From Myxococcota bacterium (GTDB lineage Bacteria; Myxococcota_A; Polyangia; Polyangiales; Sandaracinaceae), in contig JAYZQJ010000083.1 in the NCBI GenBank assembly GCA_036149055.1, positions 1 to 48,882 on the forward strand: a DNA stretch of 48,882 bases, written 5' to 3'. Position 1 is the stretch's first letter. Each line of letters starts with the position of its first letter. The translations under genes and the position numbers were made by a program. Shown in pieces: positions 17,570 to 31,086 of this stretch. The notes beneath the pieces are model-generated. The model was not told the DNA's origin and searched no databases. It saw nothing but the letters and a program-made list of their open reading frames with translations.

Positions 17570-19760
17570 GTGACGGACACCCGCCTGACGTTCTGCCGGA
17601 TCTGCGAAGCGCTCTGCGGCCTGGAGGTCGACGTGGAGGACGAGCGGGTGACCGCCATCCGTCCCGACCCCGCGCACGTGACGACCGGCGGCTTCTCGTG
17701 CGTGAAGGGGCTCAAGCAGCACCGCATGTACGACTCCCCGGACCGGCTCCGCCGCCCCCTCGTGCGCCGCGGCGAGGCGCAGGTCGAGGCGAGCTGGGAC
17801 GAGGCCCTCGGCGAGATCGGGGGCGCGGTGAAGCGGATCCGCGAGCGGCACGGTCCCGACGCGATCGCGATGTACGTGGGCACCGCCGCCGGCTTCAGCA
17901 TCCTCCACCCCATCTTCGCGCAGGGCTTCATGCACGGCGTCGGCAGCCGCAGCATGTACTCGAGCGCGACCCAGGACTGCTCGAACAAGTTCTCGGTCGC
18001 GCGCGAGATCTACGGCCACCCCTTCGTGCAACCGTTCCCGGACGTCGCGCGCGTCGAGTGCCTGATCGTGGTCGGCGCCAACCCGGTGGTCAGCAAGTGG
18101 AGCTTCCTCCAGGTGCCGAACCCGGCCCGGACCTTGAAGGACATCGCGGCGCGCGGGCGCCTCTTCTTCGTGGATCCGCGGCGCACCGAGAGCGCCAAGG
18201 TGGCGGGCGAGCACGTGCCCATCCGGCCCGGCACCGACGTCTTCTTCTACCTCTCGTTCCTGCACGAGGTGCTCGCGCGAGGCGGCGTGGACGAGGCCCG
18301 GGTGCGCGCCTGCTCCCGCGGCTTCGAGCGCGTGCGTCGGCTGGCGGAGGGCTGGTCGCCCGAGCGCACGGCGGAGGTGACCGGGGTGCCGGCCGAGACC
18401 CTGCGCGAGATGGTCGGGGCCTACCTCGGCGCGGACGGAGCGGCGCTCTACTGCTCGACCGGCGTGAACATGAGCGGGCACGGCGCGCTCGCCTTCTGGC
18501 TGCAGGAGACGATCAACTTCGTCACCGGCAACCTCGACCGGCGCGGCGGCACGCTGGTCGGGCGCGGGATCTTCGACTTCCCGCGCTTCGGCGTGCGGAC
18601 CGGCACCCTGGTGCGGAGCGAGCGCTCGCGGATCGGCGGCGTCCGCTCGGTCAACGACGCCTTCGCCGGGGGCCTGCTGGCGGACGAGATCCTCACGCCC
18701 GGCGACGGGCAGATCCGCGCGCTCTTCGTCACCGGGGGCAACCCGCTCCTCACGATGGCGGGCGCCGGCCGGCTCCGGGAGGCCTTCGAGCAGCTCGAGC
18801 TGCTCGTGGTGCTCGACATCCTGCCCAACGAGACCGCCGCCCTCGCCGACGTGGTGCTGCCGTGCACGTCGCCGCTCCAGCGCCCGGACCTGCCCTTCGT
18901 CTTCCCGCTCTGGCTCGGCATGCAGGCGCGGCCCTACCTCCAGGCGACCCGCGCGGTGATCCCGCCCGAAGGCGAGCAGCGCGACGAGGCGACCATCTAC
19001 ACGCAGCTCGCGCGCGCCTGCGGAGCGCCGCTCTTCGGCTCCTGGGCGGTGCAGCTGGCGGCGGAGCTGGCGATGCGGGTGAGCTCGCGCGGCGGGGCGC
19101 CCCGGCTGCCGCTCGAGGGGCTGCTCTCGCTCCTGCTGCGCGTCACCGGGCAGCCGGGCTTCGACGCGCTGGCCGACGGGCACGGCCGGCTCCGGCCCGA
19201 TCACGCCGGCGGCGACTTCCTCGGTCGGCGCGTGGTCACCGAGGATGGCCGGCTGCAGCTCGCGCCGGACGCGCTGGTGGAGGCGGCGGGCGCGCTCGAG
19301 GGCGCGTTCGCGGAGGCGCGGCGAGACCGGCGCCGCCTCCGGCTGATCACCAAGCGCGCGGTGACCACGCACAACAGCTGGACGCACAACCTCGAGGACT
19401 TCGTGCGCGGCGATCGCGGCACCAACCACCTCTACGTGCACCCGGACGATCTCGCGCGCCTCGGCTTGAAGGACGGCGACCTCGCCGACGTGCGCAGCGA
19501 GACCGCCGCGGTGCGGGTGCCGGTGCGCAGGGCCGCCGATCTGATGCCCGGCACCGTCGCGCTGCCGCACGGCTGGGGCCACCAGCGGGCCGAGGGGCTG
19601 AGCGTGGCCTCGAAGACGCGCGGGGTGAACGTGAACCTGCTGGCCGCGAGCGGCCCCGACGCGGTGGACCCGCTCAGCGGCATGTCGACGCTGAGCGCGA
19701 TCCCGGTCGAGGTCGCCCCGGCGGACGGCGAGCAGGACCCGACCGACTGGTCGGGGCTCC

Positions 19761-19771
<11 letters not shown>
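17570..19771 (+). CDS. Molybdopterin-dependent oxidoreductase (DMSO reductase superfamily) with an N-terminal 4Fe-4S motif
   Basis: CRICEALCG...CVKG; GANPVVS; VDPRRTESA; PGTD; NETAALADVVLP; C-terminal HNSW...HPDD...PHGWG. Confidence 0.92.
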
Positions 19772-21586
<1,815 letters not shown>

Positions 21587-21590
<4 letters not shown>

Positions 21591-22180
21591 GACAGCTCGA
21601 CCTCCGCCGGGGCGATCACGTGCGGGTCGTGGCCTTCGCTCATCTTCGGCAGCTCCACGCTCTCGCAGCGCCAGCCGCGGTGGGTCAGCTCGCCGGAGAA
21701 CGGCGGGTCGCCGACCACGTTGCCGGTGAGCCGGATCGCGTGGGCGTCGAAGCCCTCCTCGACCTTCACCGTCTCCCCCTCCTCGGAGGCGTGGATGGGC
21801 GCGATCTCGAAGTGCTCGTCGAGCGCCTTGCGGCAGCCCTCGTGCACGACCCGGGCGGCCGCGCCGATGTCGGCGTCGTCGGCCTCGGCGATGTCCTCGC
21901 GCACGAAGTCGACGAAGCGGCCCTCGCGCTGGAGGAGGCCGAGCAGCTGGAGCGCCGCCTCGGGGCCCGCCGCCTTCAGCACGGTGGGCTCCTTCTTCTC
22001 GACCTTCTTCTTTTTCCTCTTCGGCTTCTCCTCGGGCTCCTCCTTCGGCGGGGGGAGGGCCGGTCCGCCTTCACGCAGGCGGACCACGCCGGCCGCGAAG
22101 TCGGCGTCGAAGAGGGTCCGGAAGTAGGCCGCCCACGCGAGGAAGAGGCGGGCGAAGAACGAGGGCTTCGGGTCGCTCAA
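21587..22180 (-). CDS. DUF2760 domain protein
   Basis: ALQLLGLLQREGRFVDF..EDI...DADIGAAARVVHEGC...IRLTGNV.G.PPF.G.L.HRGW...IAPAEVEL. Confidence 0.88.
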
Positions 22181-22227
22181 GGCAGGAGTCCTTCCTTCGG
22201 GGCGGGACTCCTAGCACATCGCGTCCG

Positions 22228-22755
22228 TCAGGTCGCTTCCACCGCCTCCGGCTCGACCTCCTCGTATTCCGGCTCCCGCGGCGCGGGGGGCTCGGCGTCC
22301 TCGCAGGCGGTGAGGTCGACGAAGGCGCGCCGATCGGTCGCCTCGCACCGGGCGCGATACTCCGCCGCCGCCGCCGCTCCGTCGCCGGCCTGGGTCACCC
22401 GGACCAGCGCGCCCTGGATGACCTCGTCGCTGCTCTCGGCGAAGGGGCGGGCGCCGTCCGGGCACACGAGGGTGGCCCGGAGCTGGGCCGGCGCCGCCTC
22501 GATGCCGCAGGCGGGGAGCGGCGCCTCCTGGCTCCAGCCGAGCTCGGCGAGCTCCTCGCCGGCGTCGGCGCTCGGGGGCGTCGAGGCCTCGGCCCGCTCG
22601 GGCCGGGCGCGGGCATGATCGCGCGAGGCATGGTCGCGGGAGGCATGATCGGCAGAGGCAGGGTCGGGAGAGGTCCGGGCGGCTCCCCCGCAGGCGGCGA
22701 GCAGCAGCGGGGTGAGGAGCGGGGCGAGCGAGGGCGCGAGCTGTCGAAGCGTCAT
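22228..22755 (-). CDS. Hypothetical lipoprotein (175 aa)
   Basis: ATG 22755 with an upstream GGAGG; lipobox LAAC; four Cys in the mature part. Confidence 0.7.
   Translation of the reverse strand: MTLRQLAPSLAPLLTPLLLAACGGAARTSPDPASADHASRDHASRDHARARPERAEASTPPSADAGEELAELGWSQEAPLPACGIEAAPAQLRATLVCPDGARPFAESSDEVIQGALVRVTQAGDGAAAAAEYRARCEATDRRAFVDLTACEDAEPPAPREPEYEEVEPEAVEAT
22612..22671. repeat. Four degenerate 15-bp tandem units encoding (S-x-D-H-A)n
   Basis: GGCATGATCGCGCGA, GGCATGGTCGCGGGA, GGCATGATCGGCAGA, GGCAGGGTCGGGAGA. Confidence 0.75.
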
Positions 22756-22906
22756 GGCTTCCTCCGGATCGAACGGGTCGCAATCGCCGGGCCAGCCAAC
22801 GAGAGGTCCCGCCGAGGTCGGGCGTGGGGCGCCGTGACTCGATCGTGTGAAGATGCGCCACCCAGACGTTGTCTCGTCAGCGCGTCTGGCGGATGATGCC
22901 CCGGAC

Positions 22907-24979
22907 ATGGCAGCACGCATCCTCCCCCTCCTCGCGACCCTCCTCCTGCTCGCCGGCTGCGAGTGCGACGCGCCCCCCACCGGCGGGCCGGACGGCGGAG
23001 ACCCCGGCACGGACGGCGCCGCGGACACCGGCCTGGACACGCGCTGCGCCCCCGGCGTGGACGACGACCGGGACGGGCTCGACAACGCCACCGAGTGCGA
23101 GCTCGGGCTCGACCCGCAGAACCCGGACAGCGACGGTGACGGCCTCCGGGACGGGGTCGAGGTCTCGTACCCCCGGATCTGCGTCGCCGCCGATCCCGCC
23201 ATGCAGCGCCGTGACCCGCTCCCCGCGTGCAGCACCGACGACCAGTGCGAGGCCGGAGAGACCTGCGTGGGCCTCGACCCGGGCTCCGCCGACACCGACG
23301 GCGACGGCGTGCCCGACGCGAGCGAGGATCGCGACGGCGACGGGGTCATCGACCCGTCCCGCGGCGAGACCGACCCGCGCCTCCGCGACACCGACGGCGA
23401 CGGCACCCCGGACGACGAGGAGGGCATCGCGGTCTGCCGGCCGGACGGCCTGGCGATGCCGGACATCCACCTCGTGCCGATGGGTGAGGGCCAGCTCGCG
23501 CTCGACACCGCCTGGGGGGCGCCGCGCGCGCTGACCGGGAGCGGCCTGGTCTTCGACGACGCCGCGGCCGAGGTCGCGGGCTTCGTGCTCGAGCGGCCCA
23601 CCTCGGCGGGCGACGCCTCGAGCGAGGCGATGGCCATCGAGGCCGCGATGACCGGCGCGCTCGGCGCCGGCGTCACCCCCGTGCTCGTCGGGCGCGCGGT
23701 GACCGTGCACGACGGCCGCGACGCGATCACGAGCTTCTACCGCCAGGCGACCTCCACCACCGCCGCCGCCGCCCGGGACGCCGCCGCCGGCGCGCTGGCC
23801 GGGAGCCCGCCGCCGGCGAGCCCCGAGACCTGGCGCGACGTGCCGGAGCTCTTCATCGAGGTGATGACGGTGGTCGACGCGACCTCGGGCACGACCTCGG
23901 TGCTCTTCGCGGCCGCGCCGGCCGACGCCTTCGACGACACCGCGCGCCCCACGGCCATCCGGGTCCGGGACCTCACCAACGCGACCGGCCTCGCGGCGAG
24001 CGGGCGCGAGCTCGACTTCAACTGCGAGATGTGGGTGACCGAGAGCGACCCGAGCGCCGACTTCCTCTGGCTCGTGGACACCTCGGGCTCGATGAACGAC
24101 GACCAGGAGCGCCTCGGCAACGTCGCCGGCCGCTTCTTCTCGACCCTCAACGACGCGGGCGTCGACTTCCGGGTCGGCGTCTTCGAGGCGGCGTGGTCGA
24201 CCATCGACTTCGACGCGATGCAGAGCGGCTGGCCGACCGGCTTCCAGTGGATCGAGGGCAGCGACCCGATGGGCGTGCAGGAGCTGCAGTTCCGGGTCAC
24301 CCGCGGCGCCTACATGGGCATGGGCGCCGACACCGTCCGGCCCTTCGACCTCGGCACCAGCGGGGAGGAGCCGGTCTCGGCCGGCGTGCTCACCATCGAG
24401 GAGTTCGAGCGCCGCGCGATGATGGGCTCCACCGACCCCGACCGCACCCTCCGCCCGGACACCCAGGTGGTGACCTTCTTCGTCACCGACGAGCCGGGCA
24501 CCAACGACGACGGCCGGTTCTTCGACAACGACACCGCGCGCTGGGGCACCACCCCCGAGATGCGCATCATGAGCGCCACCCAGTTCTACGCCGACCGCGA
24601 GGTGCTGACCTTCGGGCTGGTGCGCGACTTCGGCGAGACCTGCCCGGCCCAGCGCGACTTCCCCAAGTGCACCATCCTGGGCAACGGCGGCGCCTTCATC
24701 CCGATCACCACCGCGACCGACGACGAGGTCCGGATCGCGATGGACCGCATCGTCGAGGCGGTCGCCGGCGCGGCCTCGCGCTTCGTGTTCAGCCAGACCC
24801 CGATCAGCGCCACCATCCGGGTCCGGGTGGACGGCGTCGAGGTGCCGCGCAGCCGGGCCGACGGCTTCGACTACGACGGCGCCTCCAACGCGATCGTGTT
24901 CCGCGGCCGCACCTTCCGGCCCACCATCGGCTCCGAGGTCGTGGTGAGCTACCGGGTGTGGGGCTCGGGCGTGGAGTAG
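22907..24979 (+). CDS. Lipoprotein with Ca-binding TSP3-like repeats and a vWA domain (CglD-like architecture)
   Basis: Lipobox LAGC; DSDGDGLRDG, DTDGDGVPD, DTDGDGTPD; MIDAS VDTSGSM; FVTDE. Confidence 0.85.
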   Translation: MAARILPLLATLLLLAGCECDAPPTGGPDGGDPGTDGAADTGLDTRCAPGVDDDRDGLDNATECELGLDPQNPDSDGDGLRDGVEVSYPRICVAADPAMQRRDPLPACSTDDQCEAGETCVGLDPGSADTDGDGVPDASEDRDGDGVIDPSRGETDPRLRDTDGDGTPDDEEGIAVCRPDGLAMPDIHLVPMGEGQLALDTAWGAPRALTGSGLVFDDAAAEVAGFVLERPTSAGDASSEAMAIEAAMTGALGAGVTPVLVGRAVTVHDGRDAITSFYRQATSTTAAAARDAAAGALAGSPPPASPETWRDVPELFIEVMTVVDATSGTTSVLFAAAPADAFDDTARPTAIRVRDLTNATGLAASGRELDFNCEMWVTESDPSADFLWLVDTSGSMNDDQERLGNVAGRFFSTLNDAGVDFRVGVFEAAWSTIDFDAMQSGWPTGFQWIEGSDPMGVQELQFRVTRGAYMGMGADTVRPFDLGTSGEEPVSAGVLTIEEFERRAMMGSTDPDRTLRPDTQVVTFFVTDEPGTNDDGRFFDNDTARWGTTPEMRIMSATQFYADREVLTFGLVRDFGETCPAQRDFPKCTILGNGGAFIPITTATDDEVRIAMDRIVEAVAGAASRFVFSQTPISATIRVRVDGVEVPRSRADGFDYDGASNAIVFRGRTFRPTIGSEVVVSYRVWGSGVE

Positions 24980-25048
24980 CTCCGAACCTGAACGATATGG
25001 CAGAGATAGCCGCTTGTAGGCCCGGCCCGCGGGGCTAGGCCGCAAGAG

Positions 25049-27121
25049 GTGGATCAGGTCCAGCCCGACTCCGACGCCGAGCGCCTGCGGCGCTTCCTCG
25101 GTCACCTCCTCGCGGGCTGCGGGGTGGTGATCGTCGGCTACCTCGTGATCGGCGTCCCGCTCCTCGCGTGGCCGGTCCTCTGGTCGGCCGGCGTGACCTC
25201 GATCTACGCGGGTGTGGTCATCTGGGCGCGCCGGCGGGCGGGCGCGGGCGACGTCGAGCGGGCGGCGACCACCGTCTCGCTCGGGACCCTGCTCGTCACC
25301 CTGCTGGTCGCCCCCGCCTTCGGCTTCCTCTTCCCGACGCTGGTCCTCGCGTGCCTGCTCGCGGTGGTGGTCGCCATCCCCTACGTCGAGCGGAGCCTGC
25401 TGCGGACCCTGATCCCGGCCGGCGTGACGAGCGCCTTCCTCGTCACCCTGATCGGCCTCTGGCAGGACGCGCTGACCCCCGTGCCCCTCTGGGCCGAGCA
25501 GACCCTGCTGGTCGTGACCTCGACCGTCTGCGTGTACCTGAACATCACGATGATGGTGCAGGTGCACCGGCGGCTCCGGGAGACCCTGCGGGTGGAGCGG
25601 GAGGCCACCGACGAGCTCGAGCGGGTGAACCGTCAGCTCGAGGTCATCGTCGACAGCTCGCCGGCCGGCATCCTGCTGCTCCGGCTCGACGGCACCGTGC
25701 TCTGGGTGAACCCCGCCTTCGAGCAGGTCTTCGGCTGGAGCTCCGAGGAGCTGATCGGGCAGCGCCCGTCGCCGGTGGCCGAGGAGGTGGAGAGCGAGTT
25801 CCGCGCGAACATGGACAAGCTCATCGCCGGGGAGACCCTGCGCGGGGTCGAGGCGCGGCGGCGGCACAAGGACGGCCACTGGGTCGACACCCAGGTGTGG
25901 GCCGCGTCGGTGCAGATGCCGGAGGGCGAGACGGCCGTGCTCTCGGTGATCGTCGACGTCACCGCGCGCAAGGAGGCGGAGCGCCGCCTCGAGAAGGAGC
26001 GGCTGCGGGCCGAGGAGGCGTCGCGGGTGGCGCGGGCGGCGGAGCGCCGCAAGGACGAGTTCCTCGCCATGCTCGGCCACGAGCTCCGCAACCCGCTCGC
26101 GCCGATCACCACCGCGCTCGAGGTGATGAAGATGAGCGGCGAGGACGCGCACCAGCGCGAGCACGCGATCATCGCCCGGCACGTCCGGCACATGACCCGC
26201 CTCGTCGACGATCTGCTCGACGTGTCGCGCATCACCCGCGGCAAGCTCGAGCTCCGGCGGCGCCGGGTCGAGCTGAAGGAGGTGATGGATCAGGCGGTGG
26301 AGATGACCGCGCCGCTCTTCGAGGAGAAGCGGCACCGGCTGCAGCTCGACGTGCCGATGGGGCTCACGGTCAAGGGCGACCCGACGCGGCTCGCGCAGAT
26401 CTTCTCGAACCTGCTGTCGAACGCCGCGAAGTACACCGAGCCCGACGGGCACATCGCGGTGAGCGCCCGCGCGGAGAGCGGCTCGGTGCGCGTGTCGGTG
26501 ACCGACGACGGGATCGGCATGAGCCCGGACCTCACCGCCTCGGTGTTCGACCTCTTCGTGCAGGCCGAGCAGGCGATCGACCGCGCGTCGGGGGGCCTCG
26601 GCCTCGGGCTCACCCTGGTCCGGAGCCTCGCGCGCCTGCACGACGGAACGGTCTCGGCCCGGAGCGACGGGCCGGGGAGGGGCAGCACCTTCGAGGTCAC
26701 CCTCCCGCTGGCCATCGGGGTGCTCGACTCGGCCGAGAGCCTGCCCCCCAAGCTCGTCGACCTGCCGTCGGTGCGGCGGGTGCTCGTGGTCGACGACAAC
26801 GAGGACGCGGCGGAGCTGCTCGCGCACGGGCTCCGGCGGCGCGGCTTCGAGGTGCAGCTCGCCTTCGACGGACCGACCGCGATCGACCTGGCCCGCGACT
26901 TCCGGCCGGACGCCGCCATCCTCGACATCGGCCTCCCGGTGATGGACGGCTACGAGCTCGCCGGGCGGCTCACGTCGGATCTGAGCCAGCGCCCCAAGCT
27001 CGTCGCCGTCACCGGGTATGGGCAGCAGAGCGACCGGGACAAGAGCGCCGCCGCCGGCTTCGACGTGCACCTCGTCAAGCCGGTGCAGATGAAGCAGGTC
27101 CTCGACGCGCTGCGTGGGTGA
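25049..27121 (+). CDS. Membrane hybrid sensor histidine kinase/response regulator (TM-PAS-HisKA-HATPase-REC)
   Basis: GHELRNPL, NLLSNAAKY, DDGIG, GLGLGL, VDDNED, LDIGLP, KPV. Confidence 0.93.
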   Translation: MDQVQPDSDAERLRRFLGHLLAGCGVVIVGYLVIGVPLLAWPVLWSAGVTSIYAGVVIWARRRAGAGDVERAATTVSLGTLLVTLLVAPAFGFLFPTLVLACLLAVVVAIPYVERSLLRTLIPAGVTSAFLVTLIGLWQDALTPVPLWAEQTLLVVTSTVCVYLNITMMVQVHRRLRETLRVEREATDELERVNRQLEVIVDSSPAGILLLRLDGTVLWVNPAFEQVFGWSSEELIGQRPSPVAEEVESEFRANMDKLIAGETLRGVEARRRHKDGHWVDTQVWAASVQMPEGETAVLSVIVDVTARKEAERRLEKERLRAEEASRVARAAERRKDEFLAMLGHELRNPLAPITTALEVMKMSGEDAHQREHAIIARHVRHMTRLVDDLLDVSRITRGKLELRRRRVELKEVMDQAVEMTAPLFEEKRHRLQLDVPMGLTVKGDPTRLAQIFSNLLSNAAKYTEPDGHIAVSARAESGSVRVSVTDDGIGMSPDLTASVFDLFVQAEQAIDRASGGLGLGLTLVRSLARLHDGTVSARSDGPGRGSTFEVTLPLAIGVLDSAESLPPKLVDLPSVRRVLVVDDNEDAAELLAHGLRRRGFEVQLAFDGPTAIDLARDFRPDAAILDIGLPVMDGYELAGRLTSDLSQRPKLVAVTGYGQQSDRDKSAAAGFDVHLVKPVQMKQVLDALRG

Positions 27122-27147
27122 CGCCGACCGGTGATTACGTAGGACTC

Positions 27148-29424
27148 ATGATCCGCGAGAAGGACGCGCTGGCCTATCACCGCGAGGGACGCCGCGGGAA
27201 GATCGAGGTCGTCCCGACCAAGCCGGTCGCGACGCAGCGCGATCTGAGCCTCGCCTACAGCCCGGGCGTGGCCGAGCCCTCCCGCGCGATCCACGCCGAT
27301 CCGCGCGCGGTCGACCTCTACACCGCCCGCCGCAACCTCGTCGGCGTGATCACCAACGGGACGGCGGTGCTCGGGCTCGGCGACGTCGGACCCCTCGCGG
27401 CGAAGCCGGTCATGGAGGGCAAGGCGGTGCTCTTCAAGAAGTACGCGGACATCGACGTGTTCGACGTCGAGGTGCGCGCGCACGACCCGGACCAGCTGAT
27501 CGAGGTCATCGCCGCGCTCGAGCCCACGTTCGGCGGCATCAACCTGGAGGACATCGCCGCGCCCGCCTGCTTCCACGTCGAGCAGGAGCTCGAGCGGCGC
27601 CTCGACATCCCCGTGTTCCACGACGATCAGCACGGCACCGCGATCATCAGCGCGGCTGCGCTCATGAACGCGGCGGAGCTGCAGGACAAGGACATCTCCG
27701 AGCTGCGGGTGACCTGCGTCGGGGCCGGCGCCGCCGCGGTCGCCTCGATGCAGCTCTGGACGCGCCTCGGGGTGAAGGCGGAGAACGTCACCCTCTTCGA
27801 TCTCGACGGGGTGATCCGGGAGGACCGCCCCGGGCTCGACGCGTGGCGGGCGGTGTTCGCCCGACCGAAGGACGACCCGCGCCGCACCCTGGCCGAGGTC
27901 ATCGCCGGCGCCGACGTGCTGATCGGGCTCAGCGCGGGCGGCATCGTCACCCCCGACATGCTCGCGGAGATGCGCGACGACCCGATCATCTTCGCGCTCG
28001 CCAACCCCGACCCGGAGATCGCCTTCGAGGACGCGCGCCGGGCGCGGCCGGACGCGATCGTCGGCACCGGGCGGAGCGACTACCCGAACCAGGTGAACAA
28101 CGTCCTCGGCTTCCCCTACATCTTCCGCGGCGCCCTGGACGTCGGCGCGACCCACATCAACGAGGAGATGAAGCTCGCCGCCGCGCACGCGCTGGCGAAG
28201 CTGGCCCGCCAGGGCGTCACCGACGACGTGCTCTCGGCCTACGGCGGCGAGCCGCTCAAGTTCGGGCCCGAGTACATCATCCCGAAGCCGGTCGACGCGC
28301 GCTCGCTCTACTGGGTCGCGCCCGCGGTGGCCAAGGCCGCGATCGACAGCGGCGTCGCCCGGGAGAGGCTCGACGTCGAGGCCTACGCCGCCGAGCTGGA
28401 GCGCAAGCTCAGCCCGACCCGCAAGGTGATGTGGCACGTCACCTCCCTCGCGAAGCGCGAGCCGGGGCGCGTCGTCTTCCCCGAGGGCGAGGAGGACTCG
28501 ATCCTCCGGGCGGCGGAGATCGTGAGCCAGGAGCGCATCGCCACCCCGATCCTGCTCGGGCGCACGTCGGTGATGCGCGAGCGGGCGATGGCCCTCGGCG
28601 TCGATCTGGAGCGGGTGCAGCTGCTCGACAACCACGCGTCGCCCAACAACCACCGCTACGCGGACGCGCTCTTCGAGCTGCGCAACCGCAAGGGCATGAC
28701 GCTCAACGCGGCGCGGCGGCTGATCCATCAGCGCCTCTACTTCGGGCTGATGATGCTGCAGCTCGGCGAGGTCGAGGGGCTCGTGTCCGGGCTGACCGGG
28801 CCATACCCCGAGACGATCCGGCCGGTGCTCCAGATCATCGGCGTGCGCGACGAGGTGCGGCGCGCGGCCGGCTGCTACCTCGTCGTGACCAAGAACGACG
28901 TGAAGCTCCTCGCCGACACGACGATCAACATCGAGCCCGACGCGGAGACCCTCGCGGAGACGGCGATCCTCACCGCGGAGCTCGCGCACGCGCTCGGCAT
29001 CGTGCCGCGCATCGGCATGCTGTCGTTCTCCAACTTCGGCGACGCGCCGCACCGCCACTCGCGCAAGGTCGCCCACGCGGTGAAGCTGGTCCGGGAGCGC
29101 CGCCCGGACCTCGAGGTGGACGGCGAGATGCAGGCCGACGTGGCCCTGCTCGAGCAGGCCCGCGAGCCCTACCCGTTCACCACCCTCAGCGGCTCGGCGA
29201 ACGTGCTCGTCTTCCCCAACCTCGACGCGGGCAACATCGCCTACAAGCTCCTCGCCGCGCTGGGGAGCGAGGTGATCGGGCCCATCGTGCTCGGCGTGCG
29301 CAAGCCGGTGAACGTGCTCAGCCAGGGCGCCAACGTCTCGAAGATCGTGCACATGACGAGCCTCACCGTCGCCCACGCCATCCGCCTGACCCGCGCCTCG
29401 ATGATGCCGCCCCCGATGAAGTAG
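27148..29424 (+). CDS. maeB: NADP-dependent malic enzyme with C-terminal PTA-like domain
   Basis: [58 protein letters not shown] part VVFPEGE, DGEMQAD, NIAYKL. Confidence 0.95.
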   Translation: MIREKDALAYHREGRRGKIEVVPTKPVATQRDLSLAYSPGVAEPSRAIHADPRAVDLYTARRNLVGVITNGTAVLGLGDVGPLAAKPVMEGKAVLFKKYADIDVFDVEVRAHDPDQLIEVIAALEPTFGGINLEDIAAPACFHVEQELERRLDIPVFHDDQHGTAIISAAALMNAAELQDKDISELRVTCVGAGAAAVASMQLWTRLGVKAENVTLFDLDGVIREDRPGLDAWRAVFARPKDDPRRTLAEVIAGADVLIGLSAGGIVTPDMLAEMRDDPIIFALANPDPEIAFEDARRARPDAIVGTGRSDYPNQVNNVLGFPYIFRGALDVGATHINEEMKLAAAHALAKLARQGVTDDVLSAYGGEPLKFGPEYIIPKPVDARSLYWVAPAVAKAAIDSGVARERLDVEAYAAELERKLSPTRKVMWHVTSLAKREPGRVVFPEGEEDSILRAAEIVSQERIATPILLGRTSVMRERAMALGVDLERVQLLDNHASPNNHRYADALFELRNRKGMTLNAARRLIHQRLYFGLMMLQLGEVEGLVSGLTGPYPETIRPVLQIIGVRDEVRRAAGCYLVVTKNDVKLLADTTINIEPDAETLAETAILTAELAHALGIVPRIGMLSFSNFGDAPHRHSRKVAHAVKLVRERRPDLEVDGEMQADVALLEQAREPYPFTTLSGSANVLVFPNLDAGNIAYKLLAALGSEVIGPIVLGVRKPVNVLSQGANVSKIVHMTSLTVAHAIRLTRASMMPPPMK

Positions 29425-29433
29425 AATGCCGCC

Positions 29434-31086
29434 GTGGCGGAGGGGGAGAGCGCGCCGGAGCGTTGGCTCGGCGGTGGGCAGACGTCGGTCCCCGGCGCCG
29501 CGGCCGACGAGGTCCTGGAGCTGCGTCGACGCGCGGCCCTCGCGCGCGGGGGCGCCTGGCTCTCGGCGCCCGCGTCGCTGCTGCTCGGCGGGGCCCGCTA
29601 CTTCGTCGAGGGGCTCGGCTCCGCGGTCGGTCACGTGCTGGTGGCGAGCGCGGCGGCCTTCGCGCTCGTCGGCTGGTTCCATCGCGGCGCCGCCTCCGGG
29701 CGGAGCGCGGGGGTCTCGGTCACCGCGGTCGCGCTCGTCACGCTCACCGGCATGAGCTGGCTCGACGGCGGCCTCTGGTCGGACGGGGCGCTCTGGCTGC
29801 CGTTCGTGCCGCTGGTCGGGGTGCTGCTGTGTCGCCGGCGGGTCGCGCTCGCCATGGCCGGCGCGGCCGGCGCCTCCGCCGTCGGGCTCGTGATCGGCCA
29901 CGAGCTCGGGCTGCTCCGCACGCCCGCTGACGCGCAGATCCTGCTCCGCGGGCCGGCCACCCTCGGCGCGCTCGGGTTCGCCACCGCGCTCGGCGACCTC
30001 TACGAGCGCGCGCGCCGATCGGCGTCGGAGGAGAAGCGTCGCCGCGAGACCCGGCTGCGCATCCTGCTCGACGGGATCCCCGACGCGCTCGTGCGCGTCG
30101 CCATGGACGGCACGGTCCTCGACTACCGCGACACCGAGCTCACCCCGCTCTTCTTGCCGCCGGACGCGGTGGGCCGCTCGCTCGACGACTTCCTCCCGCC
30201 CGAGGCGGCCGCCGCCCTGCGCGCGCAGCTCGAGGATACCCGCGGCGGCGCGCTCATCGCCCGCGAGCACCGCTGGCCGCGCGCGGGAGGCGGCGTGCGC
30301 GACGTCGAGGTCCGCACCCTGCCGCTGTACGGGGAGATCATCGCGCTCGTCCGCGACGTCACCGAGATGCGCGCGGCCGAGCGCCTCCGGGACGAGTTCG
30401 TCGCCGCGGTGAGCCACGAGCTGCGGACCCCGCTGACGTCGATCGAGGGCGCGCTCAAGCTCATGCACGGCGGCGTCGGGGGCCCGGTCTCGGGCAAGTC
30501 CGCGGAGCTGCTCGACCTCGGGCTCCGGAACGCGGCGCGGCTGCGGGCGCTCATCGACGACCTGCTCGACGTGCGCAAGATCGCCGAAGGGCAGTTCTCA
30601 CTCGAGGTCGAGCCGGTGGCGTGCGAGGAGGTGATCGCGCGCCTCGAGGCGCTGCATCGCCCGGCCGCCGAGAGCCGCGGTCTCCGCCTCGTCACTCACC
30701 GCGAGGCGACCGGCGCGGTGCTCGCCGACCCGGAGCGGCTGGTGCAGGCGCTCTCGAACCTGGTGTCCAACGCGCTCCAGCACAGCCCCGAGGAGGGCTG
30801 CGTGACCCTGCGCTCCGCGGACGCCGGCGACCGGGTCCGCTTCCGCGTCGAGGACGAAGGCGACGGCGTCGCCCCCGAGGACCGTCAGCGCATCTTTCGA
30901 CCCTTCGAGCAGGCGGTGGCGAAGCGGCGCGGCGTCGGGACGGGCCTCGGCCTCCACCTCGCCCGGGAGCTCGTCGAGCGAATGGAGGGCGCGATCGGCG
31001 TCGAGGAGGCCGACGGCGGGGGCGCCGCCTTCTTCGTCGAGGTCCCCCGTCACGGCGCGGCGAGCGGCCCGCCGCCGAGCCAGTAG
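29434..31086 (+). CDS. Membrane sensor histidine kinase (multi-TM, PAS-like, HisKA, HATPase)
   Basis: SHELRTPL, NLVSNAL, DEGDG, GTGLGL. Confidence 0.9.
   Translation: MAEGESAPERWLGGGQTSVPGAAADEVLELRRRAALARGGAWLSAPASLLLGGARYFVEGLGSAVGHVLVASAAAFALVGWFHRGAASGRSAGVSVTAVALVTLTGMSWLDGGLWSDGALWLPFVPLVGVLLCRRRVALAMAGAAGASAVGLVIGHELGLLRTPADAQILLRGPATLGALGFATALGDLYERARRSASEEKRRRETRLRILLDGIPDALVRVAMDGTVLDYRDTELTPLFLPPDAVGRSLDDFLPPEAAAALRAQLEDTRGGALIAREHRWPRAGGGVRDVEVRTLPLYGEIIALVRDVTEMRAAERLRDEFVAAVSHELRTPLTSIEGALKLMHGGVGGPVSGKSAELLDLGLRNAARLRALIDDLLDVRKIAEGQFSLEVEPVACEEVIARLEALHRPAAESRGLRLVTHREATGAVLADPERLVQALSNLVSNALQHSPEEGCVTLRSADAGDRVRFRVEDEGDGVAPEDRQRIFRPFEQAVAKRRGVGTGLGLHLARELVERMEGAIGVEEADGGGAAFFVEVPRHGAASGPPPSQ

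Noticed and set aside
25168..29424. Apparent 1418-aa fusion ending in malic enzyme
   Set aside because: The N-terminal part is an off-frame read of the kinase gene; MaeB starts at ATG 27148
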